Source: Candidatus Brocadiia bacterium (GTDB lineage Bacteria > Planctomycetota > Brocadiia > CAIUPP01). From it: a stretch of 64,000 nucleotides of DNA. The position numbers and the translations under genes are program-made. Shown here in pieces: positions 1 to 9,972 of this stretch (the stretch's first letter is position 1; each line of letters begins with the position of its first letter). The DNA lies in assembly GCA_050015075.1 (NCBI GenBank), contig JBEKCB010000004.1:128001-192000 (forward strand), written 5' to 3'. The notes below the pieces were generated by a model, which was given only the letters and a program-made list of their open reading frames with translations, searched no databases and had not been told where the DNA came from.

Positions 1-695
1 ATGGACTGGGCGATCTTCTGGATGATGACGGTCTTGCCGGTGCGCGGCGGCGCGACGATGAGGCCGCGCTGCCCCTTGCCGATCGGCGTGATGAGGTCCA
101 CGATGCGCATGTCCACGTTCTTCGGGTCGGTCTCCAAGCGCAGGCGCTCCTGCGGATAGAGCGGGGTGAGTTCGTCGAACGGGATCTTCTCGTTGATGAG
201 GTCGGGCGCCTCGTAGTTGATCGCCTCGACGCGCAGCAGCGCGAAGTACCGTTCGCCGTCCTTCGGCGGGCGGATCTGCCCCTGCACGATCGAGCCGGTC
301 TTGATCCCGAACCGCCGGATCTGCGAGGGCGAGATGTAGATGTCGTCCGGGCACGGCAGGTAGTTGTAATCGGGCGAGCGGAGGAAGCCAAAACCGTCGG
401 GCAGCACTTCGAGCACGCCCTCGCCGTACATCAAGCCGTTCTTGCTGCAGCGCTCTTTCAGGATTTTGAAGAGCAGGTCCTGTTTGTTGAGCGAGGAATA
501 CTCGGTGATGTTCTCGCGCTTGGCGGTATCGCGCAGTTCCTTGATCGTCATGTGCTGCAGGTCCGCGATGAACAACCGGTCGCTGGCCTTGACATCGGCC
601 GCCGGCCGCGCGGGCTGTTCCGGCGCTTCGCTCTCGGCGGCGTTGTGATTCGCGTCTTCGTTCGGTGTCGGCGGCATCGGTTTCTGCCTAGCCAT
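1..695 (-). CDS. rho: Transcription termination factor Rho (5' part; runs off the window start)
   Basis: Not in the ORF track because it is truncated. Manual translation from ATG at 695 (GGAGGAG upstream) gives [39 protein letters not shown] and [19 protein letters not shown]. Confidence 0.97.
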   Translation of the reverse strand, partial: MARQKPMPPTPNEDANHNAAESEAPEQPARPAADVKASDRLFIADLQHMTIKELRDTAKRENITEYSSLNKQDLLFKILKERCSKNGLMYGEGVLEVLPDGFGFLRSPDYNYLPCPDDIYISPSQIRRFGIKTGSIVQGQIRPPKDGERYFALLRVEAINYEAPDLINEKIPFDELTPLYPQERLRLETDPKNVDMRIVDLITPIGKGQRGLIVAPPRTGKTVIIQKIAQS

Positions 696-1404
696 TCCTC
701 TCTCCTCCTGATGGACAGCCAGAGCGCGCAGGGTCCTGCGCGCGACATGGAGCTGCGGTTGAACTCGGATCGGAAACCCATTGGCGGAAGAGCCGCGCCA
801 CAGCGGCGCGGGTGTCTTCCATGGAACCATTATTGTCGAGGACGATGGAGGCGCGCGCGCGCTTTTCCGCCAGGGACGCCTGGGCGGCTTCGCGGCGGAG
901 GACCTCGTCGTCGGACCAGCCCCGGTCGGCGCGTGCGCGCGCGAGGCGGAGCGGGTCGGCCACGTCCACGAAGATCAGCGCATTGCACCACGGCGCCAGG
1001 TCGGCCTCGATGAGAAGCGGCGCGTCAATGATGATGAGCGGCACGCCCCGGTCCGCCAGGGCGCGGTCGAGCTGGGCGCGCATCTCGCGCAGCGTCGGCG
1101 GGTGCACCCAGCCGGTGAGTTCCTTCAATTTCGCGGGATCGCCGAAGGCGATCTGGGCGATTCGTGCTCGGTCGGGGCGGCCGTCGCGGAACGTCTCGTG
1201 GCCCCAACTCTTGCGTAATTTTTCGGCGATCTCCGGCGACCGCAGGACCTCGCGCGCGATGGCGTCGGCGTCAATCACCGCCGCGCCGAGTCGCGCGAAT
1301 ATCGCCGCGACGGAGCTCTTGCCCGAGGCGATGCCGCCGGTCAGGCCGATGACTTTCGGGGTTATCGGCGTGGGAGTTATGGGATTTATGGGAATGATGG
1401 GCAC
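688..1404 (-). CDS. coaE: Dephospho-CoA kinase
   Basis: [19 protein letters not shown] and DAPLLIE motifs. The GTG at 1404, just after the polA stop, is the likely start. Confidence 0.93.
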   Translation of the reverse strand: MPIIPINPITPTPITPKVIGLTGGIASGKSSVAAIFARLGAAVIDADAIAREVLRSPEIAEKLRKSWGHETFRDGRPDRARIAQIAFGDPAKLKELTGWVHPPTLREMRAQLDRALADRGVPLIIIDAPLLIEADLAPWCNALIFVDVADPLRLARARADRGWSDDEVLRREAAQASLAEKRARASIVLDNNGSMEDTRAAVARLFRQWVSDPSSTAAPCRAQDPARSGCPSGGERNG

Positions 1405-1405
1405 G

Positions 1406-4081
1406 CTATTTGGCTTCGCTCCACGTTCGGCCCAGGGCCACATTCACTTTTACCGGCACGTCCATCTTCAGCGCGGTGCTCATCTCCGTGGAGACGAGAT
1501 CGGTCGCGCTGATCTCCTCGCTGGGCGGCACTTCGAAAAGTAGTTCGTCGTGGATCTGGAGGAGCATCTTGGTGCGCATCTTCTCGTCGCGTAGGCGGCG
1601 GGCGATGCGGATCATGGCGACCTTGATCATGTCGGCGGCGGTGCCCTGGATGACGGTGTTGACCGCGGCGCGCTCGGCGAACGCGCGCGTGGCGTGGTCG
1701 GGATCGTTCAGGCCGGGCAGCGGCCGGCGGCGGCCGAGGAGCGTGGTCACGGAGCCGTTCTTCCGCGCGTCGGCGACGGTGCGGTCTATGAACGCCTTCA
1801 CGCCTGGATAGCGGTGGAAGTACGCCTCGATGAACGCGGCGGCTTCCTCGTTCGGGATTTTCAACTGGCGCGCCAGGCCGTATGGGCCCTGGCCGTAGAT
1901 GATGCCGAAATTGGTCGTCTTGGCCACGCGCCGCATCGCGGGGGTAACCTCTTCGGGCTTGACGCCGTGGATCTGCGCCGCGACGAAGCGATGGATGTCC
2001 ACGTCCTGCGCGAACGCCTCGCGCAGCGCCGCGTCGCCGCTGAGGTGCGCGAGGATGCGCAGCTCGATCTGCGAGTAATCGGCCGTCAGCAGCCGGTTGC
2101 GCGGGTCGGTCGCGACGAAGGCCTTGCGGATGCGCTCGCCGATTTCGCTGCGGATCGGGATGTTCTGCAGGTTCGGGTCGCTGCTGCTGAGCCGTCCGGT
2201 CGTCGTCGCCGCCTGGTTGAACGAGGTGTGCAACCGGTTGCTGCCGGGCGCGACCATCTCCGGCAGCGCGTCCGCATAGGTGGACTTGAGCTTGCTCAAC
2301 TGCCGATATTCGAGCACCAGCGCGGGCAGGCGATGCGCGGCGGAGAGCTGGTCGAGCACGTCGCTGTCGGTGGAGCTTCCGGTGCGGGTCTTGCGGCCGC
2401 GCGGCAGGCGCAGTTTCTCGAAGAGGATCTTCGCCAGTTGCTGCGTGGAGCCGATGTTGAACTCCTCGCCGGCCTCCTGGTAAATCCGTTTTTCGAGTTT
2501 CGCCATTTCCTGCTCGAGCCATTGCGACATGGTGCGCAGCGCGGCCACGTCGAGTCCGATGCCCTGGAATTCCATCTCCGCGAGCACCGAGACCAGCGGC
2601 ATTTCGACTTGCGCGAAGAGGTCGTGCATCTTCTGATCGCGCAGCAGCTTTTCGAGAATCTCGGAGAGCCGCAGCGCGATGTCGGAATCCGCGCAGCAGT
2701 AGTCGCAGACCTTCCGCGCCGGGACGCGGTCCATGGTGATCTGCTTCTTGCCCTTGCCGATGAGGTCGCTGATCGGGATCATCCGGTAGCTCAGGTAATC
2801 GGCCGCGAGCTCGTCGAGGCCGTAGCGGCGGCGCTCGGCGTCGAGGACGTAGGCGGCGATCATCGTGTCGAAAACGATCCCGCGCAGTTCCACGCCGTGG
2901 CGGCGCAGCACGACGGTGTCGTACTTGATGTTCTGGCCGATCTTGCCGACCGACTCGTCCGTGAGGATCGGCCGCAGCGCGTCGAGCACTTTCTCGGTGT
3001 CGAGCGTCGGGTCGGGCGCCAGCGCGCGCGTCGGGATGTACCAGGCCTCTTTCGGCTGCCAGCAGACGGAGAGGCCGACGATCTCGGCGAGCATCGGCGA
3101 AGTGCTCGTCGTCTCCAGGTCAATCGAGAACCGCTTCTGCGCGCGCAGGGCGGCGAGAAGAGACTCGAGCGCTTCCTCGGTGTCCACCAGGTGATAGGCG
3201 GCCGCCTCTTCGCGCGTCGGCGCAACGGGGAACTCGGCGATGAACTGCCGGAAGCCCAGTTTCTGGAAGACCGGAACCAGCCGTTCCGGCTCAGGCGGTT
3301 TCACCCGGCACGCGTCGAGCGAAAGCTCGACCGGCGCTTTCGTGTCAATCGTCACCAGCCGGCGGCTCAGGCGCGCCGCATCGGCGTGCGTGGTCAGGCT
3401 CTCTTTCAGCCGCTTGCCGCGGATTTCGCCGACGTGCGCCAGGACGTTCTCCAGCGTGCCGTATTCCCGGATCAACTCCAGCGCGGTCTTCGGGCCGACG
3501 TGCGGGACGCCGGGGACGTTGTCGCTCGCATCGCCGGAAAGCGCCATGACCTCGATCACCTGTTCGGGCGCGATGCCGTCGCGCTCGCGGAGCTTTTCCG
3601 CCGTCAGGGTTTGGTCTTTGCCGGTGTCGAGACAGGAAACGTTCGGCCCCAGCAGTTGCGCCGCGTCCTTGTCGCCCGTGACGATAACCACGTCCACCCC
3701 CAAGCCGGACGCCTGGACGGCCAGCGTGCCGAGCACGTCATCCGCCTCGTATCCTTCCAGGGCGTACACCGGCACCTGCAGCGCGTCGAGCACTTCGCGC
3801 GTCAGGGGAATCTGGGCGATGAATTCATCCGGCGGCTTCACGCGTGTGGCCTTGTAATCCTCGAAAAGGTCGTGCCGGAAGGTCTTGCCGGGCATGTCGA
3901 GCGCCACGGCCAGGTAGTCCGGCTTCTGCTCGCGCAGCAGCTTCCGAAGCATGGCGGTGAAACCGAAGACGGCATTGGTGGGCCTGCCCTCCGGCGAGGT
4001 GAGCCCTTTGACCGCGAAGAACGCGCGGTACAGGTGCGAGTGCCCGTCTATGAGGAAAAGTTTCTTTCGAGCCATCTTCAC
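1406..4081 (-). CDS. polA: DNA polymerase I
   Basis: 5'-3' exonuclease (LIDGHSHLYRAF), 3'-5' exonuclease (DLETT) and polymerase motifs (DYSQIELR, KTTNFGIIYG, QIHDEL). The start may be the ATG at 4075. Confidence 0.98.
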   Translation of the reverse strand: MKMARKKLFLIDGHSHLYRAFFAVKGLTSPEGRPTNAVFGFTAMLRKLLREQKPDYLAVALDMPGKTFRHDLFEDYKATRVKPPDEFIAQIPLTREVLDALQVPVYALEGYEADDVLGTLAVQASGLGVDVVIVTGDKDAAQLLGPNVSCLDTGKDQTLTAEKLRERDGIAPEQVIEVMALSGDASDNVPGVPHVGPKTALELIREYGTLENVLAHVGEIRGKRLKESLTTHADAARLSRRLVTIDTKAPVELSLDACRVKPPEPERLVPVFQKLGFRQFIAEFPVAPTREEAAAYHLVDTEEALESLLAALRAQKRFSIDLETTSTSPMLAEIVGLSVCWQPKEAWYIPTRALAPDPTLDTEKVLDALRPILTDESVGKIGQNIKYDTVVLRRHGVELRGIVFDTMIAAYVLDAERRRYGLDELAADYLSYRMIPISDLIGKGKKQITMDRVPARKVCDYCCADSDIALRLSEILEKLLRDQKMHDLFAQVEMPLVSVLAEMEFQGIGLDVAALRTMSQWLEQEMAKLEKRIYQEAGEEFNIGSTQQLAKILFEKLRLPRGRKTRTGSSTDSDVLDQLSAAHRLPALVLEYRQLSKLKSTYADALPEMVAPGSNRLHTSFNQAATTTGRLSSSDPNLQNIPIRSEIGERIRKAFVATDPRNRLLTADYSQIELRILAHLSGDAALREAFAQDVDIHRFVAAQIHGVKPEEVTPAMRRVAKTTNFGIIYGQGPYGLARQLKIPNEEAAAFIEAYFHRYPGVKAFIDRTVADARKNGSVTTLLGRRRPLPGLNDPDHATRAFAERAAVNTVIQGTAADMIKVAMIRIARRLRDEKMRTKMLLQIHDELLFEVPPSEEISATDLVSTEMSTALKMDVPVKVNVALGRTWSEAK

Positions 4082-4314
4082 TTGCTAATCTGCGAGGCAG
4101 CGAACTTTCGCTGCGCGGCGCGAGCGGATGCGACGCCGACCCAAGGCGGACGAGCGCGCGGATAACGTACCGGTCGAACATGGGGCTGCGGCCGACCCTG
4201 TCGTTGGAAATGCGTGGTTATGGCGAGCAGGATAATAATTGTCTCAGCAGGGGTATTCAGCGATCTCGAATCAGGAAGGATGCCCGGCCCGTCTCCCAGG
4301 CCAATCCGTCTAGT

Positions 4315-4343
4315 ATCTTATCCGCACCGGAAGCGTTTGTCAA
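4315..4343 (-). promoter_or_regulatory. sigma70-type promoter upstream of polA-coaE-rho
   Basis: TTGACA-N17-TAAGAT on the minus strand. Confidence 0.55.
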
Positions 4344-4469
4344 GCGAAAATGCGGCATTTCGCGCCAGGAACCGCAACAGCGTCGCGTCAGGGTTGAGCC
4401 GGACAAAGATTTGTGGCATAATCCGGCCTTGGCGGCATGGGCGCGCCCGTGGTCCTTGGAGCGTTGTGA

Positions 4470-5039
4470 ATGGCTGATCAAAGCCCCGCGCAACCCGAAC
4501 AGCCGGGACAGGTTCCGCCGGACGAGACGGAGCCGGCCGCCCCGTCTTCAGAACCGGAGCGGGGCACGCCGCCGGAAAGAATCGCTCCGGTCCCGCCTGG
4601 CGAAGATTCGGATGAATCATTGCAGGGATCATCCGCTGAACCGCCGACCCAGCCGATCGAGCCGCCCCAGTCCGCCGAGGCCGCATCCCAGCCGCCGGAA
4701 GGAGTACCGGAATCGCAGGAAAACTTCCCGTGCCCGTTCGACGAGGACATCGGATACGAGATCGTCGAGCCGCCGGAGGGCGAGGAATCGGACGATGGCT
4801 TCGCGAGCATTCCGCCGGGCCCGACCGAAGAGGTGAACTACGAGCCGCCGCGCGTTCGCGGGCCGAGACGACGTGGAGACCGCGGCCGCCGTCAAGCGGC
4901 GCGCCCCGCAGCGCCGGTCCAGGACAGGGACAGGGAACCGGCAACCAAGCGTTTTCCGATCTGGCTGGCCGTCGCCGGCGTCGTGCTGGCGGCGGCGATC
5001 ATCGCTGTGGTGATTTTGCTCGCGAGGAGTGGACGATAG
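4470..5039 (+). CDS. Pro/Glu-rich hypothetical protein with C-terminal transmembrane anchor
   Basis: GGAG RBS, acidic low-complexity body, hydrophobic tail FPIWLAVAGVVLAAAIIAVVILLAR. Confidence 0.7.
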   Translation: MADQSPAQPEQPGQVPPDETEPAAPSSEPERGTPPERIAPVPPGEDSDESLQGSSAEPPTQPIEPPQSAEAASQPPEGVPESQENFPCPFDEDIGYEIVEPPEGEESDDGFASIPPGPTEEVNYEPPRVRGPRRRGDRGRRQAARPAAPVQDRDREPATKRFPIWLAVAGVVLAAAIIAVVILLARSGR

Positions 5040-5085
5040 ACGATGGACGATTGTCCATGGTCTATGGTCTATCGTCTAACGTCAA
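5032..5085. repeat. Inverted heptamer tandem repeat (GACGATR / YATCGTC)
   Basis: gacgatagacgatggacgat followed by gtctatggtctatcgtc. Same family as 45713 and 46706. Confidence 0.85.
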
Positions 5086-5775
5086 TCAGCCGTCCTCGCT
5101 GCGTCCCCGGCGCACCAGGCGGGCCGAAGTGCCGGCGGCGATGGCGCCGGGCGGGACGTCCTGCGTGACGACTGAGCCGGAGACTACAATCGCGCCCGCG
5201 CCTATCCTGCGGCTGGGCAGAACGACCACGCCGTCGCCGATGAAAGCGCCTTCCTCCAGGTGAGTTCCAGCCCCGAGAGTCGTTCCGGCCCCGATGGTTC
5301 CATGACAGCCGATCACGCAATCGTGGTCGAGCAGGCTGCCCATGCCGACGAGGCAGTTCTCCTCCAGGACCGTGCCGACGCCCAGCAGCGCGCGCGCGCC
5401 GATGACGCACCCGGCGCCGATCTTCACCTCCTGCAAGACCATGGCCGTCGGATGGGTGAGCACCGCCGGCGTCAGCCCCGCCTCGATGCACGCGCGGTAG
5501 AGCCGCCGGCGCGAGACCGCCGCGCCGGAGACGACGACGAACTGCCGGATGCCCATGCGTTTCAGCCGGGGCAACTGGGCCTGGCCTTCGAGTTTGACGA
5601 CGGGCAACCCGGCCCAGGAGTCGCCGCGGAACTTCCCCTGCGGGTCCACGAAGCAATCCACCTCGCGACCGTTCGCGCGGAAGTTCTCCAGGATCATCCG
5701 GCCGGAAGGCGTCGGCCCCAGGATGCAGATGCCGCCGTTGCCGCGCCGGCCCGGGAATAGTTTCTTAAGCCTCAC
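5086..5775 (-). CDS. NeuD/PglD-family sugar O-acyltransferase (hexapeptide repeat)
   Basis: N-terminal Rossmann-like part, then HPTA and LLDHDCVIG hexapeptide repeats ending VTQDVP. GTG start after GGAG. Confidence 0.85.
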   Translation of the reverse strand: MRLKKLFPGRRGNGGICILGPTPSGRMILENFRANGREVDCFVDPQGKFRGDSWAGLPVVKLEGQAQLPRLKRMGIRQFVVVSGAAVSRRRLYRACIEAGLTPAVLTHPTAMVLQEVKIGAGCVIGARALLGVGTVLEENCLVGMGSLLDHDCVIGCHGTIGAGTTLGAGTHLEEGAFIGDGVVVLPSRRIGAGAIVVSGSVVTQDVPPGAIAAGTSARLVRRGRSEDG

Positions 5776-5835
5776 GATGGGAACTCCAACGCCAAGGAGA
5801 GATGAACGATAGACCACGGTCCGCCGTCTCACCCA

Positions 5836-5894
5836 ATGCTACCACGCGCGCGCGGGGGATTCAAGTTGACGGTTTCCGGCGATGCCCTTATAAT
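5836..5894. promoter_or_regulatory. Back-to-back sigma70 promoters (acyltransferase / argB)
   Basis: Plus strand TTGACG(5866)-N17-TATAAT(5889). Minus strand TTGAAT(5864)-N17-TAGCAT(5841). Confidence 0.65.
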
Positions 5895-5938
5895 CCCATA
5901 TCCGTGACCCACAGCCGGTCATTCATGGATGGCCGTCA

Positions 5939-6847
5939 ATGACCAACGATCGCAACCCGATGGAAGAGGCGATCCGCAAAGCGCAGACGCTGATCGAGGC
6001 GCTGCCGTACATCCGCGCGTTCCGCGGCAAGGTGTTCGTCGTCAAGTTCGGCGGCGCGGCGATGGAAGTCCCGGCGACGCTCGAAAGCGTCCTCGGCGAC
6101 GTGCTTTTCCTCGGCGCCGTCGGAATCCGGCCGGTGCTGGTGCACGGCGGCGGGCCGGAGATCACGCGCGAGATGAAAGCGCGGAAGATCGAGCCGCGTT
6201 TCGTGCGCGGCCATCGGCTGACCGACGAGGCGACGCTGCGCATCGTGCAGGACGTGCTGGCCAATCGCATCAACGCGGGCATCTGCAAGCGGCTCGAACA
6301 GCTCGGCGGACGGCCGGTGGCGTTCGCGAGCCCGGCGCAGGGCGCGCTCAAGGCGCGGCGCCGGCTGACGAAAATCCAGACGCCCGACGGCCGCACCGAG
6401 GAGATTGACCTGGGCCTGGTCGGCGATATGGTCGGCATCGCCGAGTCTCAGTTCCGAACCGCGCTCGAGGCGGACCTGGTGCCCATCGTCGCGCCGCTGG
6501 CGCTCGGCGAGAACGGCGAGACGCTCAACGTCAACGCGGACATGGTCGCCGCCTGCGTCGCCGCCGGCCTCCGCGCCGAGAAGGCGGTCTTCCTGACCGA
6601 CACGCGCGGGATCATGACTGACCCGAAAGACACCGGGTCGTTCGCGGACACGCTGACGGAGTCGCAGATTGACGACCTGATCCGCCGCGGGGTGATTGAC
6701 GGCGGCATGCTGCCGAAAGTGGAGGCCGGCCTCACGGCGTTGAAGGCCGGCGTGCGGAAGACGCATATCATTGACGGCCGCGTCCAGCACGCGCTGTTGC
6801 TGGAGATATTCACGGACAAAGGCGTTGGCACGCAGATCACCCATTAA
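5939..6847 (+). CDS. argB: Acetylglutamate kinase
   Basis: EALPYIRAF, VVKFGGAAM, VHGGGPEI, NVNAD, GGMLPKV. The start may be the ATG at 5960. Confidence 0.96.
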   Translation: MTNDRNPMEEAIRKAQTLIEALPYIRAFRGKVFVVKFGGAAMEVPATLESVLGDVLFLGAVGIRPVLVHGGGPEITREMKARKIEPRFVRGHRLTDEATLRIVQDVLANRINAGICKRLEQLGGRPVAFASPAQGALKARRRLTKIQTPDGRTEEIDLGLVGDMVGIAESQFRTALEADLVPIVAPLALGENGETLNVNADMVAACVAAGLRAEKAVFLTDTRGIMTDPKDTGSFADTLTESQIDDLIRRGVIDGGMLPKVEAGLTALKAGVRKTHIIDGRVQHALLLEIFTDKGVGTQITH

Positions 6848-8363
6848 TCGGTCGGCCACGGTTTGGCGAAGCGCAGGCGCGGCGGCCGCGTTGGCGCTCG
6901 GGCTCATTGTTTTCGCCACCGGACCGGCGTTCGCCGATGAGCCGAGCCTGAATCTCTCGCCGCTTTGCCGCCTCGAATCCACGCCCGCGGAATCGGAGCG
7001 CAGCTTCGAGGCGCTCTGGCCGCTCTTCGAGTGGCGCGACTCGGCCGCCTTCGAGGAGCTCTACATCCGGCCGATCTACAACCGCCGCACCGACAAAGCC
7101 CAGAAGATCACCGAGTCGGACTGGCTCTGGCCGTTCGGTTTCGGCACCGGCCGCCCCGATGTGAACCGGCAGGTGGTTTACCCGCTCTTCCTGCACGAGA
7201 ATGAAACCGCCAGCGACGGCAGCCCGGAGAGCCGCACGATCCTGCTTCCGCTGCTCTATCAGCATTCCAGGCACGGCGTGTCCGACCTGCTGATCTTCCC
7301 GTTCGGCGGCGTGCTCCACAATTTCCTGGACCGCCAGAAAATTGTGATCGTGCTCTGGCCGATTTACGTGTATCAGCGCAGCCACGAGGCGCAGGACTGG
7401 AGCATCCTGTTTCCGATCTTTTCGTACATCCGCTGGGACGACGGCTCGCGCGGATTCAAGTTCTGGCCGCTGATCGGCATCAACCAGCGGCCGAATAAGT
7501 TCTACAGGCTTTTCGCGCTCTGGCCGATAATACACTACGAGAATGTGATCCTGCCGCAAGGCACGATCCACGCCTGGGCGGTCTGGCCGTTTTACAGCTC
7601 CGAGACGGGACCGGGCGGCTGGGACTGGTCGGTCGCGTGGCCGTTCATCAGCGGGCACTTCGAGCGCAACGAGACGCAGCACTGGTTCCCGTGGCCGTTC
7701 CTCGGGCGGCTCTCCGGCGAGAAAGTAAGCGGCTGGACGTTCTGGCCGGCTTTCTCCATCACGAAACGCCCGGAGAAGACCGACGGGTATTATCTCTGGC
7801 CGCTCGGCTGGTTCAGCCGGAAGAAGGGAGCGGACACGGCGTTTTCGTTCCGGCTCATTCCGCTGATGTTCTACGAGAGCGAGACGCGGCTGCGGAAGTC
7901 TCCGGCCGTGCCGCCCGCCTCGCCGGCGGCGCCGGAGGCGTGGTCCGGCGCGACGGGCGCCCTGCCGCCGGGCGCGGAGCCGCAGGCGGAATCCTCCGGC
8001 GCCTGGCAGGTCTGGCCGCTGGTAAAGCACCGGTCCGACGCGGACGGCGCGCGCCACCTGGAAGTGCTCTCGCTCTTCCCGCTGCGCTGGTACGCGCCGT
8101 GGGAGCGGAATTTTGCGCCGTTTTTCCGCGTCTTCGAATACGAACGTGCCGCCGACGGCGAAACTTCGTGGCGGGCGCTCTGGCGTCTCTGGCGCGTGGA
8201 CCGCGGGCCGGCGGTCAACGCAGTTGAATTCGCACCGCTGTTCAGAGTATATGATAGGCCGCCGTCGGCCGAGCGCGGCTGGAGCGCCCTGCTGGGACTC
8301 ATCGCCTGCGATCGGACCCAGGAGACCCGCACCTGGCGGTTGCTGTACTTAATCAAGTTCTGA
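6825..8363 (+). CDS. Exported Trp-Pro-repeat hypothetical protein upstream of mlaEFD
   Basis: Signal-peptide-like N-terminus ending AFA-DE, and many (L/V/F)WP(L/F/I) aromatic units. Start uncertain (TTG 6825 or 6891). Confidence 0.75.
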   Translation: MARRSPINRSATVWRSAGAAAALALGLIVFATGPAFADEPSLNLSPLCRLESTPAESERSFEALWPLFEWRDSAAFEELYIRPIYNRRTDKAQKITESDWLWPFGFGTGRPDVNRQVVYPLFLHENETASDGSPESRTILLPLLYQHSRHGVSDLLIFPFGGVLHNFLDRQKIVIVLWPIYVYQRSHEAQDWSILFPIFSYIRWDDGSRGFKFWPLIGINQRPNKFYRLFALWPIIHYENVILPQGTIHAWAVWPFYSSETGPGGWDWSVAWPFISGHFERNETQHWFPWPFLGRLSGEKVSGWTFWPAFSITKRPEKTDGYYLWPLGWFSRKKGADTAFSFRLIPLMFYESETRLRKSPAVPPASPAAPEAWSGATGALPPGAEPQAESSGAWQVWPLVKHRSDADGARHLEVLSLFPLRWYAPWERNFAPFFRVFEYERAADGETSWRALWRLWRVDRGPAVNAVEFAPLFRVYDRPPSAERGWSALLGLIACDRTQETRTWRLLYLIKF

Positions 8364-8387
8364 CCCTCGTCCAAGGACCGCTGACGA

Positions 8388-9161
8388 ATGACGCCAACCC
8401 TGATCGAGAACCTCGGCCAGCGGCTTTTCGGCGCGTGCGAAGAGGCCGGCAACATGGTCGTGCTGTTCGTGGAGAGCCTCCGCGAATGCGGCCGGGTGAT
8501 GGAGCATCCGCACCGCATCTTCGTCCAGATGAAGAATATGGGCAACGACACGCTCTTCATCGCTTCGGCGATCTCGCTCTTCATCGGAATGACGCTCGCG
8601 CTCTACAGCGGCCACGCGCTGGTGCAGTTCCAGTACACCGAGGCGCTGCCGAGCCTCGTGGCGAACTCCATCGTCAAGGAAATGGCGCCGGTGATCACGG
8701 CGCTGCTGCTGGCCGGCCGCATCGGCGCGGCGATCGCCGCCGAAATCGGCACGATGCGCGTGAACGAGGAGATTGACGCGCTCTATACGCTCGGCATCAG
8801 CCCCATCCGCTACCTGGCGATGCCGCGCTTCGTCGGCTGCATCACCATGCTCCCGGTCCTGGTCATTTACGCGAGCCTCGTCGGTATGTTCGGCGGCGCG
8901 CTCATCGCCTCGGCGTACTTCAATATGACCTGGGGAGCGTATTTCAAGGCCGCTTTCAAGTCCCTGGACATGTCGGACGTCAGCGAAGGCCTGCTGAAGG
9001 CGCTTCTCTTCGGCGCGATCGTAGCCGTCGTCTCCATTCATCGCGGCCTGAGCACGCGCGGCGGCGCCGAGGGCGTCGGCCGAGCCATTACCCGCTGCGT
9101 GGTGACCTGCTTCATCTGGATCATTGTCTGCGATTATTTTGTGACCCGGTTCATGATGTGA
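8388..9161 (+). CDS. mlaE: MlaE-family ABC permease
   Basis: KEMAPVITALLLAGRIGAAIAAEIGTMRVNEEIDAL and GGAEGVGRA. Confidence 0.93.
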   Translation: MTPTLIENLGQRLFGACEEAGNMVVLFVESLRECGRVMEHPHRIFVQMKNMGNDTLFIASAISLFIGMTLALYSGHALVQFQYTEALPSLVANSIVKEMAPVITALLLAGRIGAAIAAEIGTMRVNEEIDALYTLGISPIRYLAMPRFVGCITMLPVLVIYASLVGMFGGALIASAYFNMTWGAYFKAAFKSLDMSDVSEGLLKALLFGAIVAVVSIHRGLSTRGGAEGVGRAITRCVVTCFIWIIVCDYFVTRFMM

Positions 9162-9928
9162 ACGAACAGACCACACAACCGCCGGCGTACGATATCGAGT
9201 CGCGGGAACTCCGCAAGAGCTTCGGCGACCACGAGGTGCTGCGCGGCGTCAACCTCCAGGTGCCGAAGGGCAGCACCTGCGTCCTGGTGGGGCCTTCCGG
9301 CTGCGGCAAGAGCGTTTTCCTCAAGCACATCGTGGCGCTTCTGACGCCCGATTCAGGCGAGATGATGGTGCTGGGCAAGAACATCGCCGAGCTGCCGCCG
9401 CAGGAACTTCTGGCGCTGCGCCGCCACGTGGGCATGGTCTTCCAGTCCTCGGCGCTGCTCAACAGCCTGACCGTCGAAGAGAACGTAGCGCTCGGGCTCA
9501 CGGAGTTCAAGGAGAAATCGCCCGAGGAAATCCACGAGATCGTGAACGAGAAGCTGGCGCTGGTCGAGATGGCGGACACGAACCACCTGCTGCCCGAGGA
9601 ACTCAGCGGCGGCATGCGCAAGCGCGTGGCCGTCGCGCGCACGCTGGCGCTCGGACCGGAGATCATCCTCTTCGACGAGCCCACCGTCGGCCTCGATCCG
9701 CTGCTCTCGACCAACGTGGACAAACTGATCCTCGATCTCAAGGAGAAAGTCGGCTGCACGAACGTCGTCGTCACCCACGACCTGATCACCGCCTTCCGCG
9801 TGGCCGACCGGATCGGCATGTTCCACGACGGTCTCATCACCGCCCTCGGCACGCCGGAGGAATTCGCCCATTCGAAGGAGCCGGTCGTGCAGGAGTTCAT
9901 CGCGCGCAATCGCGATTGGAAAATTTAA
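9158..9928 (+). CDS. mlaF: MlaF-family ABC ATPase
   Basis: GPSGCGKS, LSGGMRKRV, ILFDEPTVGLDP. Confidence 0.93.
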   Translation: MNEQTTQPPAYDIESRELRKSFGDHEVLRGVNLQVPKGSTCVLVGPSGCGKSVFLKHIVALLTPDSGEMMVLGKNIAELPPQELLALRRHVGMVFQSSALLNSLTVEENVALGLTEFKEKSPEEIHEIVNEKLALVEMADTNHLLPEELSGGMRKRVAVARTLALGPEIILFDEPTVGLDPLLSTNVDKLILDLKEKVGCTNVVVTHDLITAFRVADRIGMFHDGLITALGTPEEFAHSKEPVVQEFIARNRDWKI

Positions 9929-9972
9929 ACGCGTCCGCCTGGACCACCCCACTTTGAGAGGGAGCGACGGAA

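Noticed and set aside
1694-4165. Long antisense or alternate-frame ORFs (also 27172-29031, 59496-61322, 61319-63148 and others)
   Set aside because: These are shadow ORFs of high-GC genes with no recognisable motifs.
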